A stretch of 64,000 nt of DNA from Eledone cirrhosa (taxonomy: Eukaryota). The position numbers and the translations under genes are program-made. Position 1 is the stretch's first letter; every line of letters starts with the position of its first letter. The stretch spans positions 100,564,001-100,628,000 of the forward strand of contig OZ024742.1 of NCBI GenBank assembly GCA_964016885.1. Reading direction: 5' to 3'. Positions 1 through 16,215 of the stretch are shown one piece after another. Below the pieces are notes generated by a model that was not told the DNA's origin, searched no databases, and was given only the letters and a program-made list of their open reading frames with translations.

Positions 1-1134
1 TAATCGACTTTCCCCTCCGCCAAATTGCTGGCCTTGTGCCTATAATAGAAATCATGGTTAATTGTATTATACAGAGAGCAATAATTTGGCTGTATCGTAG
101 CATTTAGTTACTACCCACTGTTTTGATTTCGAATCCCGCCGAGGTCAACTTTGCCTTTAATACTTCCGGAATCGATAAAATAAAGTATCAGTCACGTACT
201 AGGGTAGATGTAATCCACTTTCCACTACCCACAAATTGTTGGCCCTGTGCCCAAATTAGAAATTATTATTGTATGAACATGGTAAGTTCCGGGCCCTGTG
301 CAACCCGTGCAAGGACCAACAAACGATAATTCAAATGCATAACAGCGTCAGAACAAAAGGTCATATGATTGACAAGGAAAAGTGTATATGGTAAGTAATG
401 GTTGCAGGATATTTAGAAAGAGTCTCTTGTTTACGCCAGGATCAACATAGTATTCCGTCTTTTAAGGGTAGAAAGGTATCTATAAACTACAATATGCATT
501 GAGTCCTTCCCTATTTCAAAACTGTATAGTTGGATTTAGAGGACTTTTGTTTGCTATTTTTAGCAGTTTAAACTACTTCGTAAAGGCTTAGTTCGTTGGC
601 TCATCTCTAAAGACGTTTTGTGTGTGGGCGAAGTAATTTTTTTCTTTCAGAGATATTTGATTAAAATAAACGAGTTAGCTCTGTTTTGCAATAATTTCAT
701 ATCCATTTTTCATATATTCGTCATTGGTGTGATTTTTTTCGCTTCCATTTTGTTGTTGTTGTTGTGGAAGAAACTCTTGTATAGTTTAATAACGGCTGGC
801 CTGTGTTTCTATGGTAGAATTATTGCAATGATAAAAATAGAAAATAGAAAAACAAGACACGAATAAATACGTTAGATCTTCTGATCTATTCTCCGGTAAC
901 ACTTTTGATACCAACCCGTCTGAAACCGCCACCGGTAACTTGATACAAAATAATCTGTTTAAAAACTTACTTTGGCGTAGAACCTTGATACGATTTTCCA
1001 AAAATTGCGGATTCATACGGGTAATCCCTACCACACTAGATTTAATAAGACATTAAATGAATTGAGAAATTGCTTTAAAGAGAATGTATTCATATTTTTT
1101 TTAAAACAAACTTAATGGTGATGAATCCTTCATA

Positions 1135-1305
1135 GATTTCGACGATGAACATTCAGTCGTTCAATCAGTTGAACGTCCAACTCCGGAATTAACGTATAAG
1201 TGGTTGGGTATTCCACTGACACATGTACACTTAACGTAGTTAATCCTCAAGTATAATCAATATAACACAATATGGGAAAAGCTGGATATTTGATTTACAG
1301 GTACA
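1135..1305 (+). repeat. Old interspersed repeat (related copies ~14735-14850-, 37960-38045+, 41625-41770+)
   Basis: Shared blocks TCCGTCG.TTTCGACGA, AATTAACGT.TAAGTGG and TTAACGTA.TT. Confidence 0.5.
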
Positions 1306-2379
1306 ATCTTTCTGACGAGTTTCCAGTCTTCGTTAATCGAATTTTAGCCACAAACCTCAAATGAACATGAAACTATGGCAACATTTCTGCCCAAGATCTC
1401 ACATGTTTATTATTAAATTTTATCAAAAGGCACCTTTTACAGCGGAACCTACTTTGGAAAGTGGTGGACTAGAGTAATATCTATAATCGAAGAAAGTTCG
1501 TAGAATGTTGCTAAGGTTTATTGCTGTGAGAAGTGCTTTTGTGCTTCAACAAACACGAGAGGAAGATAGCGTTACTCTTAGCCCGGCTGACGGGCTAACG
1601 AGACTTTTGCCTTTTTATAATCAGTTCGAGCATATTATGACGTCTGGGGGAAAAACGTTGGTAAAAACGGAAATTCTAGTGCTTTGATGCTTTTGAGTGG
1701 AAGGAATGCGAAAGTGGTTACTACAGAGTTTTGGAGGAGGAGACAGAGCAAGGTTGGAGACAGAAAGAAAGACCAATATATCGGATAGTTATGTTGTTGT
1801 TCTTGCTGTGCGGCACACAGCTGAGTGCACCCATCCATATCTAAGAATTCGGTTTATTGCAGGACCTGCTTCGCTTCTCTGCCACACGAGTGACAGTTCT
1901 AATAATAACTGATTTATCGTCTTAAAAATGTTATAGCTACCAAATGTGAAGATGGTCGCTAGACCACACACACGCACTAGTTAGATATCCGTGCATACAT
2001 ATATAGACGGCGAGTGTTTGTAAATCAGATTAGCTCCCATCCAACAAGCTGAAGGCACTTAGGATTTGAAACAGAAAACTGTTTGTGTTTTTTAGAATCC
2101 CAGCCTCTTCAGAGAAAATACGCCCCACTCGAATGTGTAACCAGCCGTGATATTAATGTCTCGTAAAGCACTATGTGGGCCTTTTTTAAGTTAACACCTT
2201 TGATATTGATATTTACCAGATGACGAAGCACTACCAGAAATCTATCGTTTTTTTCCCTTCTAAATACCTGTTTCTATCTAATTTTCCATATTTCTATCAA
2301 ACTCTCTTTTGCTTCTAATCCTCCATGTATTTGTGAATGATTCTGGTTTAAAGAGCAAAGTATATAATATATATATACT

Positions 2380-2730
2380 GTATATATACGAAATTTGGCC
2401 CAAAAGTAAGGGTACTGATGTTTTATTTAAATGTATATTAGACGTATATGAAGTTGCACAACACTTGTGAAGTCACACAGTGGTTGGTCCCAACGTTTTT
2501 TTTTTCCATTGATCGTAGCAGTACCGGAAGTCATTTTCTGTGAATGTCCTTAGCTCGTCGGTTACAATTTTTTATATTTTCCACAGTCTCAAAATGATGA
2601 CACTTCAATTTCGATTTCAACTTAGGGAAGAGGTAGAAATCACACAGAGCTAGATCTGGGCTGTAGGGAGGGTGTGAAAGAGTGGGAATGTTTTTCTTCG
2701 CCAGAAATTCTCTAATTGAAAATGGTGTGT
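2380..2730 (-). mobile_element. Decayed mariner-like transposon fragment
   Basis: Resembles the reverse complement of a mariner transposase 3' region (GTCACACAGAGCTAGATCTGGGCTGTAGGG-like). No ORF. Confidence 0.35.
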
Positions 2731-2747
2731 TTGATATATGTGGTTGA

Positions 2748-2814
<67 letters not shown>

Positions 2815-3151
2815 TCAGGTTATCAATAATGTAGATTTACTCATGGTATTCTCATTAGAAACCCATTATATACTTGTTTAGCAGTAAATTAATTTACCAT
2901 CTGTCATATACTATCCCCTCTGTTCCTTCCTCTTTTACTAATATAAATACTTCAATTTTTCTGATTTTATCCAATTTATCCAAAATCTCTGAAGAAGTGA
3001 CAACTGATTATACATTTGCTATCGAATACTTGCTAACATTATATGATTACGCAAGCAGCGATACATAGGTATTCGGTCTGTTACAGAAACATATGTCAAT
3101 ACCTAATAAATTCCTTTTTTAACAAAAGCACTTTCATTTTATATTCATCCT

Positions 3152-3220
<69 letters not shown>

Positions 3221-3529
3221 TAGTTAAATTACTATCAGTCAACTCAATACTTGAATCTCTAATGAAAATAGTGTGGATATTCATTATATGTAAAACCAGT
3301 GTCAAGTTTAATTCATTTCGATGGTTGGATAGGAAACAGTTTAAACTTCTGTTTTTATAGTATTCACACATCCACACACGTATATGTGAATATTAGACAT
3401 TTGAATGCTGCGAACATGTTACTGTACGTTCACGGCGGCACACATTATCACCGCCAAACACTACCAAACACGAATGTATGTAAAGATTATCTGTATCATC
3501 ATAAAAAGGCTACGTCATGTTATATACGT

Positions 3530-4105
3530 TAGTGAATGTGTGTGCATGTATTTGTGGGTGAATGTATGCATGTGTCTATGTATTTGTGAGTGAATGTGTG
3601 CATGTATCTATGTATCTATGTATTTGTGAGTGAATGCGTATACATGTATTTATATATTTGTGAATGAATGAGTATGCATGTGTCTGTATATTGGTGAGTG
3701 AATGTGTGTGCATGTATCTATGTATTTGTGAGTGAATGTGTGTGCATGTATCTATGTATTGGTGAGTGAATGTGTGTGCATGTATCTATGTATTTGTGAG
3801 TGAATGTGTGTGCATGTATCTATGTATTTGTGAGTGAATGTGTGTGCATGTATCTATGTATTGGTGAGTGAATGTGTGTGGATGTATCTATGTATTTGTG
3901 AGTGAATGTGTGTGCATGTATCTATGTATTTGTGAGTGAATGTTTGTACATGTATCTATGTATATGTGAGTGAATGTGTGTGTGCATGTATATCTGAGTG
4001 AATGTGTGTGCATGTATTTGTGAGTGAATGTGTGTGCATGTATTTGTGAGTGAATGTGTGTTCATGTATCTATGTATTTGTGAGTGAATGTGTGTGTGTG
4101 TGTGT
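3530..4105. repeat. 28-bp minisatellite
   Basis: Unit GTGAGTGAATGTGTGTGCATGTATCTATGTATT-like, repeated many times. Confidence 0.9.
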
Positions 4106-4699
4106 ATAAAAAATATATCCAAACACAAACACACAATAACTGCAACACTTTCTTTAAAATACTATCTATTCGTTTGCAATACATTCAAGCGATTGTACAT
4201 TCGTTCACACCAAAATGAAAATTATCTTGGCTTCAATAAGAGTTAATGTACTCTAGTACTTCAATCATTCTATTGTTTCAACTCTGACTGTTTTTCTGGT
4301 GTAAATTTACATTTCTTTTTCCTTGCCTCCTTTTCACGCCTTTCACAAAGGTAACTTCAATTACTACGCTTTGAATACTCATCTAAGGCAGCAGCCATTT
4401 ACCTACGTGCATTTGTTTGTGAAGTCGGCCATATGTATTATATGAATTCAATGTATTTTTGTATTATATATATATTATGTTGTATTATATATATATTACG
4501 TGTATTTCTGTATTATGTGTGTGTGATATATATTATGTGTATTTCTGTATTATGTGTGTATGCGTGTCAATAAGAATTTCAAGAGCTTGGAGACGAAGCA
4601 TCACCATGCAGTACATCTACAAGAATAAATCGTAATTGATTATGTAATGAGAATAGCTATTAGTGTCAAATTGAGAAAACTTACTTTCAGCCATACAGT

Positions 4700-5105
4700 A
4701 AGGAGAAGCAGTGTCGTATAGTACAAAAGGTAATGTCCGATCTTATAGATGCTAATGACATTGTCTTACTATCAGAAGGGATACACGAAGCGCAAAAATT
4801 GCTAGAAAGGATAGAGAGGGACAGTGAGGCAGTCAGATCAATTTTTAGAAACCAGAATGTATGCAATTACATCATACAGATCCAGTGATCACGTATTCAA
4901 AATATAGACACAAACGAGAAATTATAGGGAAATTTAGATAATTTGGAGCCTCAATAGCCAGCTCAGAAACAGATAACAAAAGAGGCAAATCTGTGGCAAG
5001 TGTGTCATAAATTATCAAAGATCTGGAAGTCTTCCATGAGGATAAATATTAAAATCAAACTCGTTTTAGCAACGACTGAATCTGCCATGTTATATGGCTG
5101 TGCAA
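4700..5105 (+). pseudogene. Degenerate LINE (RTE-like) RT fragment
   Basis: Translates in part to DANDIVLLSEGIHEAQKLLERIE (ADD-like) and ESAMLYGC, with several disruptions. Confidence 0.5.
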
Positions 5106-5359
5106 TGTATGAGGGTCAGCTGAAAAGTTCATAGACTAACCAAGATACTCTCATGGAATGACCAACATACTCCCTGGAAAGAAACAATGCAGCTATTAAT
5201 ACAACTCATTTCTATAGCTAAGTAAACTGGAGCAACGTGAAATAAAGTGTCTTGCTCAAGGACACAACGCATCACCTTGTCCTGGAATCGAACGCACAAT
5301 CTCACGATTGCAATCCGAACGTTCTAGCCACTAGGCCATGCGTCTTCACACACGCGCAT

Positions 5360-5471
<112 letters not shown>

Positions 5472-5645
5472 GAGGGAGATTTAAAAGAGTCTCGAACTCA
5501 GTGTTGCAGCATATGTACAGTTTTGATTTGCATATTACAATTGTTTCGATGTCAATCAGCTCCGGCTACAATCTAGGTGACGGGGCCCGACTCTTTTTCG
5601 ACATCTCATCAGATATGCGAGCTTATATGTGCAAATACACATCTA

Positions 5646-5719
<74 letters not shown>

Positions 5720-5831
5720 TGTAATTACGAAATCTGCTACGATTGATCGGATACCAGCATGAAACTCTGTACCGAAGAAAAGTACCGAAGAAAACATATG
5801 CTTAGTTACTAAAGTAGTATATTGTGTGTGC

Positions 5832-5941
<110 letters not shown>

Positions 5942-6430
5942 GTATATATGTGACCTGTCTTTTTCTCTTCCCTTACTGCTATCCTCTTTCTCTCTCCTTC
6001 TCCCTCTTACTTTCACTCACCCTCTCTGCTAGTCACCCTCTCTCGGCTAGCCTCTTCCTCACACTTTCACTCACTCACTGCTACTCACCCTCTCTCTCAC
6101 TTCCTCCATCGTCCCACACCGTACGAGATTCTTTCCTCGCTCACATCCGCACGGCCAAGATGTGTCTTTGCCTTCTCGCCAATATTCGCAAGTTCTTATG
6201 TTCAAAATGAATTATTGACTTGATTTTCTCATTTTTTCCTCTCTTCACGTTGCCTCACCTTTCGTGTTTGTTTACCTGTCTCCACCCAACTCTTTTTATC
6301 GCAATAACTTAATTTAGTTATTGCATCGCCCTAGCTTGAGGTATATGGTCTGTAATGCGAAGAAATACCTATGATGGCTAGTAGACCACTGATGACGGAT
6401 ATTCCTGGCTTCTATTTCTAATTCTTCATT

Positions 6431-6536
<106 letters not shown>

Positions 6537-7076
6537 TAAGTAACCTCAGTGTATCTCCTGTCACCTTTCTTAATCTTTATCATCGCTTTTCATTCTCTTT
6601 ACCTCTCTCCATATGCAACACATCTCATTAAATTTTACCTCCTCCCCCCACACCCGGTGTTTCACATTACTCCCATTGTCGGATGTGGAAACAGCATGTT
6701 TACCTTATTTTCGGGTCTTTTGATGTTTTACCTGTATGTACTACTACTATTACTACTACTCTCTCTACCTTAATACTATCTTCCTAACACAACAAACCTC
6801 TCAGCCGATACTCTCACCTTTACTTAATTAACCATCTCTCCACCTTTTACCTCACCTAGTTTACCGCGAAAACCTACACCTATCCTCACCATCTGATACC
6901 ACCAGCAGCGCCCTCCCTCGTCATTCCGTACCATCACCATTACCAACAACCACACCCTTCATCTCCATCCGATACCACCAACACTAACATCAACAACAAC
7001 ACAACCACATATTTAACCACTTTCCCTTTCGATATCACCACCACCACCACCACCAACAACAACAACGACAACAACC

Positions 7077-7122
<46 letters not shown>

Positions 7123-7804
7123 CCACTAACTACAAAACACCTTTAACCCCTTCACGACTACCATCATTACCACCACCACCACAACCACCACCACTACCAA
7201 CAATCACAGATTCAACCATCTCCCCATTCAATACCACCACCACCACCTTCACCACTATCAACAATCACAACTTTAACGCCCCCACCCCCACCTTTCAATA
7301 CTACCACCACCACCACCTTCACCACTATCAACAATCACAACTTTAACGCCCCCACCCCCACCTTTCAATACCACCACCACCACCACCTTCACCACTATCA
7401 ACAATCACAGCTTTAACCCCCCCCCCCCCCCCACACACACACACCCACCTTTCAATACCACCACCACCACCACCTTCACCATCGTCACCATCACCAACAA
7501 CCACCACACCTGTAACGCCCCATTCAATACCACCACCACCACCACCCAGAATATCAATTCACCGTGACAAACAACCTACCCCACAAGCAGACTAAATAAA
7601 TATCAACAGGCTAAATATATATTTCTATTTAGAAACATATAAAGCGTGTGCGTATGTAGATATATCTGTATGTCTATACCTTTGTACATGTGTTCGTATG
7701 TATGCATGTATATTCATGGATATTTGTGTGTGATATACTTGTATATATATATATATATATATATAATATACTTTATATCACATATGTATATACGTGTATG
7801 TACG

Positions 7805-7873
<69 letters not shown>

Positions 7874-7930
7874 TATGTATACGTACATATATATATGTAT
7901 ACAGACGTACAGTAGTATGTATATATATAC

Positions 7931-7986
<56 letters not shown>

Positions 7987-8019
7987 TATGTATACGTACA
8001 TATATATATGTATACAGTA

Positions 8020-8056
<37 letters not shown>

Positions 8057-8089
8057 TATGTATACGTACATATATATATGTATACAGTA

Positions 8090-8126
<37 letters not shown>

Positions 8127-8518
8127 TATGTATACGTACATATATATATGTATACAGACGTACAGTAGTATGTATATATATATATATATACATACATGCA
8201 CACATATATATATGTACGTATGGATTTACCGAACATTTATTATAATGCTCGGTGTGTTTGTAAACAAACATCCCGAATTAAGCCGTACAGTGTTTAGCAA
8301 CCATCGTTGCCCTTTTGTTCAACACTGACAAAGGAACGATGTACTAGTTTCAAGCTTATTAGCTATCGTCAGCACCATATACCTTCCTGCCAGATGATTG
8401 AACGTCTGAAACTATATACTTTCCTTATGCATATTAACGGCTGAGCAGCCTAATTTGCATATCGAGTGAGTTAATCGGCCGGGCGCACCGAAATGAAATT
8501 TCGTTTCATTTTTTCCGT

Positions 8519-8587
<69 letters not shown>

Positions 8588-8591
<4 letters not shown>

Positions 8592-8725
8592 CCGTTTACG
8601 TGTGTTGTGTTGAAGTAAATAACTATGTGTATACTCTGGAATGGATTCTACATTATCTATTGAGTACGCTGAAATGCAACCGGTCCTGGCATTGTTAAAT
8701 ACGCCGTGTCCATCAACTTCTTATT
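8588..8725 (+). repeat. Short (TA)n-embedded repeat, family D (second copy 35318-35458)
   Basis: Both copies share ACCCGTTT(T)ACG.GTGTTGT.TTGAAG...TATACTCTGG...ATTGAGTAC...TCAACT.CTTATTA. Confidence 0.65.
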
Positions 8726-9020
8726 ATATATATATAAAGTCTAAAGTCTGTCTTAAGCCTGGAGGCTCATTTGGCCGGTGATTATCCTGGTTTCATGACG
8801 TGAAGCGACTGAGAGTACAAGACTTCCCCCTGGACAGGGCGCCAGTCCATCGCAGGGTTAAACCACCAGCTATTGCTGGTAATCATTTTCAGCTGAGTAT
8901 ACTAGAGTCACGTGAAATGAAGTGTTTTGTTCAAGAATACAACACGCAGCCCAGGAATCGAACCCGCGACATTATGATCGTAAGTCCAACACCCTTACCA
9001 ATAGGCCTCCACACGCACAG

Positions 9021-9068
<48 letters not shown>

Positions 9069-9111
9069 GGAATACTGTTGGCTTCTGGCTACAATAATTG
9101 CTATACTTTTC

Positions 9112-9730
<619 letters not shown>

Positions 9731-10020
9731 TGTCCTGGATATGACATTAAACTACATCTAGTGGCAAGGCTCCAGTTCGGGGGATGTGGGGTTACCTCCT
9801 TAGTTGTTTTAACTCCCAGGTCTGCTCTGGCCCGGAGTATTAGTACCTGTTGGGGCCTCATTTATGGGTTAAATAACTACCTAATTCGAGTGGCGCCGGT
9901 AATGTATTGTCAGCCATTGAAAAGAAATATGGAGAGTCTATCTAACAGCACTAGGGTTAGAGCCCCTAACTACACTGGAGAGAACTTGTCCATGGAACTC
10001 GATAATTTTACCTGCCCTAG

Positions 10021-10074
<54 letters not shown>

Positions 10075-10346
10075 CCTATATCATATAACACGCATATGTA
10101 TAACATATAAATAACATTTTCCTTAAGTATGATGTTGTTTGAATATTTTTATTTCTTCAGAAATGACGTAATTTGAAGTAATAAGTATCTACTTGTTTAT
10201 GTGTATATGGATATGCATATATATATATATATGTGTGTGTGTGTGTCTGCGTGTGAATAGGTATGTCTATGCGTATGTATAAAAGCACACATTAGTTATC
10301 TCTAAATCTATCTATTTTTCTACATATATATATATGTGTGTGTGTG

Positions 10347-10384
<38 letters not shown>

Positions 10385-10520
10385 ACAATATCGTAATGCT
10401 CTGCTGCAGATCACTGATAGAAATCTCTTGTATAGTCATGTGTTTCTGTCTATTTGTTTTCTGTGTATGTATGTATGTGTATATATTCAATAGACATGTA
10501 ATTTCTGTCTATATTTGCTA

Positions 10521-10559
<39 letters not shown>

Positions 10560-10899
10560 CTATGTATGTATATTTGATGTGGTAAATTAATGTAAATGCG
10601 GAATCTTCAGTAATAATGCCATTGTCCGGCATCTTTGTTAGTTACACGGCCGACGTTTGACCGAGGTTTGCTCCTCGTAAGTTATTCTTTCGATAACACG
10701 GCTTACGTCACCGCTTATTAAATTTCAAAATGGTTGTTTGCCTTCATCGCCATCACTACTACATCACTATATCGACCTGTCTTTCCCACCAACACCACAT
10801 CCGCTTACGTTAATCGAAACCTGGACTATTTGATTGCTTACATCATCATTATCATCGCCGCCAACACCGCTACTATAATTACCACCACCAATATTAACA

Positions 10900-11755
10900 A
10901 CAGGAACCCACCATTAACAGCAAAAGCCACCGTCTACAACAACAACACCAACATCACTAACACCACTACCGACACCATGAACACCACCACCATCATCACC
11001 ACTCCCATCAACCAAGACCACCATAACTATCACCAGCACCACAGCCACTACTAACAACAAACCAAACACCAACACCACCAATACCACCACCACTACTAAC
11101 ACCACCATAACCAACACTACCAATATCACCACCACTACAACCAACATCACCACTACAACCAACACCACCACTACCACCAACACCACCACTACAACCAACA
11201 CCACAATTATCACCACCACTACAGCTAACACCACCACTACAACCAACACCACCACTACCACCAACACCACAATTATCACCACCACTACAGCCAACACCAC
11301 CACTACAGCCAACACCACCACTACAACCAACACCACCACTTCTACAGCCAACACCACCACTACAACCAACACCACCACTACAACCAACACCACCATTACA
11401 GCCAACACCACCACTACAACCAACATCACCACTATCACTACCCTACAGCCAACACCACCATAATCAAACCGCCAGCATCACCACTACTACCAACACCACC
11501 AATATCACCATCACTGCAGCCAACACCACCACTACAACCAACACCACCATAACCAACACCTCCAACATCACCACCACTACCAACACGACCAATATCACCA
11601 CCAGTACCACCAACACCACCACTACCAACACGACCAATATCACCACCAGTACCACCAACACCACCACTACCAATACCACCAATATCACTACCACCACCAA
11701 TACTACAACCAGCACCACCACTACTGCCAACACCACCACTACCAACACCACCAAC
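10900..11755. repeat. (ACC/AAC/ACT)n degenerate trinucleotide minisatellite
   Basis: 18-bp superunit ACCAACACCACCACTACA. Confidence 0.9.
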
Positions 11756-14170
11756 TAAACATCATCTGGTTTGCTTTCATTTCTCTCCCCAATTCTGCTC
11801 ACGATCTTGTGTGTTCACGCTGCAATTTCCGGTCGTCATAGCGTTCCTTCGTTCACCACCATCCTCCATTATTTTTTCTATGTCAATGGTTTTCTTTCCT
11901 TTACCTCTGACCAATCCCCATGGCTGGAGTGTGGTTTCTGTAATGAATGGGTAAACACTAGCGGCCAAACAATCCAACGACTACAAATACATATATTTGA
12001 ACTATCTATGCCTTTATTTGAACGTTCTAGATCTCCCTCTTTCTTTCTGCCCCCCCCCCCCTCTTTCTCTTTTCTCTCTCTCTCTCTCTCTATCCCTCCT
12101 CTCTCTCTCAATCTATCTATATCTCTCTCTATCTATATCTCTCTATCTCTCCCTCACGCTAGCCCCTTCTCTCTTTTTCATTCTCTTATCTGTGCTAAAT
12201 TGGTTTTTCTATTCCCCCCCCCCTCTTATCTTTCTCATTCTCTCTTCATCTCTCTCACTCCCGTCTATCTCCACCTTTGTCTTTCTCTTTCCCCCTTCCA
12301 CTCTCTCCATATCTCACACTCTCACCCTCCCTCTCCCACTCCCTGACTCTCTCTCTCTCCCATTCTCTCATTCTCCTTCTCTCACTCTTCTTCTCTCACT
12401 CTCCCTATCTTACTCTCTCCCTCTCCCTCTCCCTACTACATGTCACTCATTCTTTTCCCAGCACTAACAGTGAGTCTATCTTTAAATAAAAACAAAACAA
12501 AAAACACCAGACTAGTGAACAAGAAACCTTCCGCACTAAAGTATTCCACCTTCCAATAGAGTAGTCAAACTTCTCACTTAAATCTTAACAAATTCTCAAG
12601 AGCTAAGAAAACTTGTTCTAACATGTGGCGGCGTCTGGCTAGAGTGTTGGACTTCACATCATGATCTCGTGGGTTCGATTGCTTGACTGGGTTGTATGTT
12701 GTGTTCTTGAGAAAATCACTTCATTTCTCGTTGCTCCAGCGTACTCAGCTGAAAATGAGTACAAGCAATAGCTGGGAGGCTAACCCTGCGATGGACTGGC
12801 GTTTTGTCCAGGTATTGGGGGAGTCTTATACTCACAGTCGCTTAAAGCCGCGGAAACCGGGATAAGCAACGGCCTAATGAGCCTTCGGGCTCGAAGCGGA
12901 CTTTAGATTTTTTAGAATGGACCCCGTACTGCCGAGCTGAGGAGGGAGCTATGCGGGGTTGGGTCGCTGTTGCAGCGGGTGTCACGGCCATCGTCTGGGG
13001 GAATGCTTTTGCCGTCTTGTCACCGGGGCGCAGCACTTCCGCCCTCTTGCCCTAGGCCCAAATCCCAATCACCCTCCCTTTCACCCCTCCTCTCTCTTCT
13101 GCGACACCAGAGCTCTTGCCATCCCCTTCCCTTCCCGTTCTTTTCTTCTTTCTTTCTCTTTTTTTTTATATTTCCCTATTCTTTCTTTCCTTGTGTTTCC
13201 CCCTTTTTTTATTTAAGAGTTACTAATCCAGACAATTTCAGGGAGCCTATATAAAGTCTCTTCGCCTGCTGGAAATAGCAACCAAATATCCCTTAAACCA
13301 AACCTTAGGGTCTTAAAATGGATGGACACAGAATGATGTGGTGAAGTGCCCTTGATTGTTGGTGGAGTCGTAGGGGCGCAGTCTTGACACTCAACGTGTC
13401 TTGGACATTTTAAACATGGCGGAGCACATCTCTCTTCGGCAGATTTCTTTTCGAGAGAAAGAGAGAGGAAAAGAGAGGATACAGGGAAGAATCGATCCTA
13501 GTACTGGTACTTTATTTATCGGCCTCGAAAGTATGAAAAGCAAAAGATTGATCTCGGTAGGATTTGAACTTGGAGAGATTTGAGCCAGAACAAATACCGA
13601 TACATTTTTAATCCGACTCCTAACGACTCTGCTAATTCACTGCCTTTGATACAAAATACAGATGGTCTGAATTACGACCAATTATCATCAACAACAACAA
13701 TAACCTCTAGCTGTAATTTCTGAAGTTTTATTTCCCCACCCAGACCTTCACACGTTCTCATAGATAAGAATCTTTTATCAACAATTGCAAGAACCAATTA
13801 ATTAAACTCGCAATCAACATTCGATCTTATTCGCATCATATTCACCTCTCCAACATTTCACGTGTTCGTGCATTTATTTATATATATATTATAAGTATCG
13901 GCTGAAAAGTCCATAGGTTGACCAAGATACTCTCATGGAATAACCAAACGAGATTTAGTTTTCAACATAGTCCCTCGGAAGAAATAAAATGCAGTTCTCT
14001 GTTCAATTCACGCCGTGGTTAGCTTTGCCTTTCATTCATAAGGGGTCGATAAAATAAAGCACAAGACATGCACTGGGATCGATTTAATCGATTTTTATAA
14101 AAAAATAAAAATAAAATTGCTGACCTTGTGCCTAAGGTAGAAATTATTATTATTATATGATTTAGTTTTA

Positions 14171-14360
14171 AGGCGGTGGATTGGCAGTATCGGTAGAGGG
14201 TCGGACGCCATGCTTTCCAGCATAGTTATGTCCCTTTACGATCTGAGTTCAAATCCCGCCGAGGTTGACTTTGCCTTTCATCCTTACGGGGTCGATAAAA
14301 TAAAGTACCAGTAATGCACTGGGTAATTGCTGGCCTTGTGCCTAAAGTAGAAACAATTAT
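14171..14360 (+). mobile_element. tRNA-derived SINE family 1
   Basis: A box TGGCAGTATCGG, B box GTTCAAATCC, core GCCTTTCATCCTTACGGGGTCGATAAAATAAAGTACCAG, 3' TAGAAACAATTAT. Many copies: ~88-270, 14000-14150, 21301-21520(-), 26120-26300, 36490-36670(-), 46175-46320, 46721-46890(-), 50961-51146, 56916-57253, 57875-58215. Confidence 0.85.
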
Positions 14361-15373
14361 ATGATTTAGTTTTACAAATTTATATAAAAATGATCTTTTT
14401 AAGGTTTAGTAATCCTCGCCTTTGAGGTCTGCACCATAGTCTGGAGCACCTGTACAGAGCCTGGAAATATATTTCAAGGGCGGAAGTTATTTGAAATTGT
14501 TACGTTCATGCCGTTTCCGTACTCATCAGTGATGAAAGCTTTGCAATCATAAGGTCTCCGATTGAAGCCCATTACGTGGCATCTTTGGCAAATGTATTTT
14601 CCATAACCTCGTGATCCATGCTTCGTGAATAATATCGAGTAAGCGAAAACAGTATGGAAGCCTATCGGATGGGTTATACTTGTATTTCAAAAATCCAACT
14701 TCATCACATATTGTGTTACACTGGTTCAACATAAGAATTACGTTAAGAGCACACTGTCTTTGCAAAACTCAGCCACTTACACGTTAATCCACGAGCTGGA
14801 TGCTCAATTGATCGAACAGCTGAAAGCTCCTCGTCGAAATCGACGGAGGTAGTTCCAGTGACGAAATTAATTGAATTAGCTGTAAGAAGGAATGTCAGAT
14901 GACTGCAAATAACATCTTCAAACAACAGAATACAAAGTGGTAGATAATGAATCAATATAACAGATAGTTATCTATACCGAGGAAACCTTACTGTATTTAA
15001 CATTCTTTGGCTTTATTCGAATTATCTTCTCTAGAATCGAAATTTGGAATAAAATATTTATAATGATTTTTTTACCCAAGCAGACGGCCTCATATAACGG
15101 GTGATTATGTGTCGCTCGTGACTTTCTCAAGAGAAAGTAAAGTATGTGAAATGAAATTACTTAACCCTTTTGATAAGAGCCTGACACTCTCGCTGTTTCT
15201 ACAAATTAAAATTATTTATTTTAAAGTGTATATATTTGTATAAAACCGTTTCCTCGTAATGCTGTGTAACAAGCTCTGTTATGTCCAAATAATAGCTTAA
15301 TAATGAGAAATCTAGTTATATTACTAAATCCCTCTAAATTCTTGATTATTTTTTAAATTATAATTACCAGTAA

Positions 15374-15471
15374 CCCATGTTACCATATGTTTAACGAAAG
15401 ACTGCCCATGAGGGTCAAATAATTATTTGACACTCATAGGCAGTCTTTCGTTAAAAATATGGTAACATGGG
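15374..15471. mobile_element. Palindromic piggyBac-like MITE
   Basis: Nearly full 98-bp palindrome CCCATGTTACCATAT...ATATGGTAACATGGG, flanked by GTAA and TTAA. Confidence 0.65.
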
Positions 15472-15959
15472 TTAACTGGATATCGAAACTGGGTTGTGAA
15501 ATCAATCCAGTAGAGATCGAGTGGCCAAGGTGTATTTTTAGGGGTGAGGTATATTTTTTTCGGACGTTCATTCCACTATTGCAAAAAAAAAATAAATAAA
15601 TAAAATTAACGGGGCCTTAGTCCCTGCTGGACCCTTAGGATTCAGTCTAGTCGGCCTTGTGAATGATACGGCAGCCGTAGTTTTTAATATTAATTTCTTT
15701 AAAAATCCCGAAATCAGTATTTTCTAGATTACTTCTACAAGGAGTTCCTATTGAGCAGACAACAGTGTGAACAAATATAATAAAACGTCTGGTTTGATGT
15801 AAAGTAATGGACAGCATTGTTAGTACCTAAGGTGTCCGTGTGTCCGTGAAACATATACATATACAACAGGTCCGAACACAAAAGAACCAAACTCCCACTG
15901 TCACTGTCTCCGTCTCTCCCGCTCTCCGCATCTCTCACTTTTGTGAGCAAATGAGGGCC

Positions 15960-16215
15960 CACACGTTGGCCGTCCCGCGGCTTTGGCGGACAGAATAGAG
16001 AAGGACTTTCGCCGGAGGATGGTGAGGGAGACGCGGTGGAAGAGCCATTCCATCTCGCGAGGCTAACATCTGCGGGTAGTCAACGCTGTGCCGATGGTGA
16101 TGAGCAGGGAGGTGGCCCTAGGCTTAAGGACACTAGAAGTCTCCCCTGCCATGGACTCGACCGCAAACCTGTCGGAGATCGACCGATATTTGGAATTCTG
16201 TCTCTTGGATGAACC
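15960..16215 (-). pseudogene. CRE-like non-LTR fragment, homologous to 58650-58930
   Basis: SKYRSISDRFAVESMAGETS...LITIG in ORF 16063-16269. Confidence 0.6.

Noticed and set aside
2985-3050. CTGAAGA in a (TA)n-flanked island
   Set aside because: No convincing stems or GAAA.
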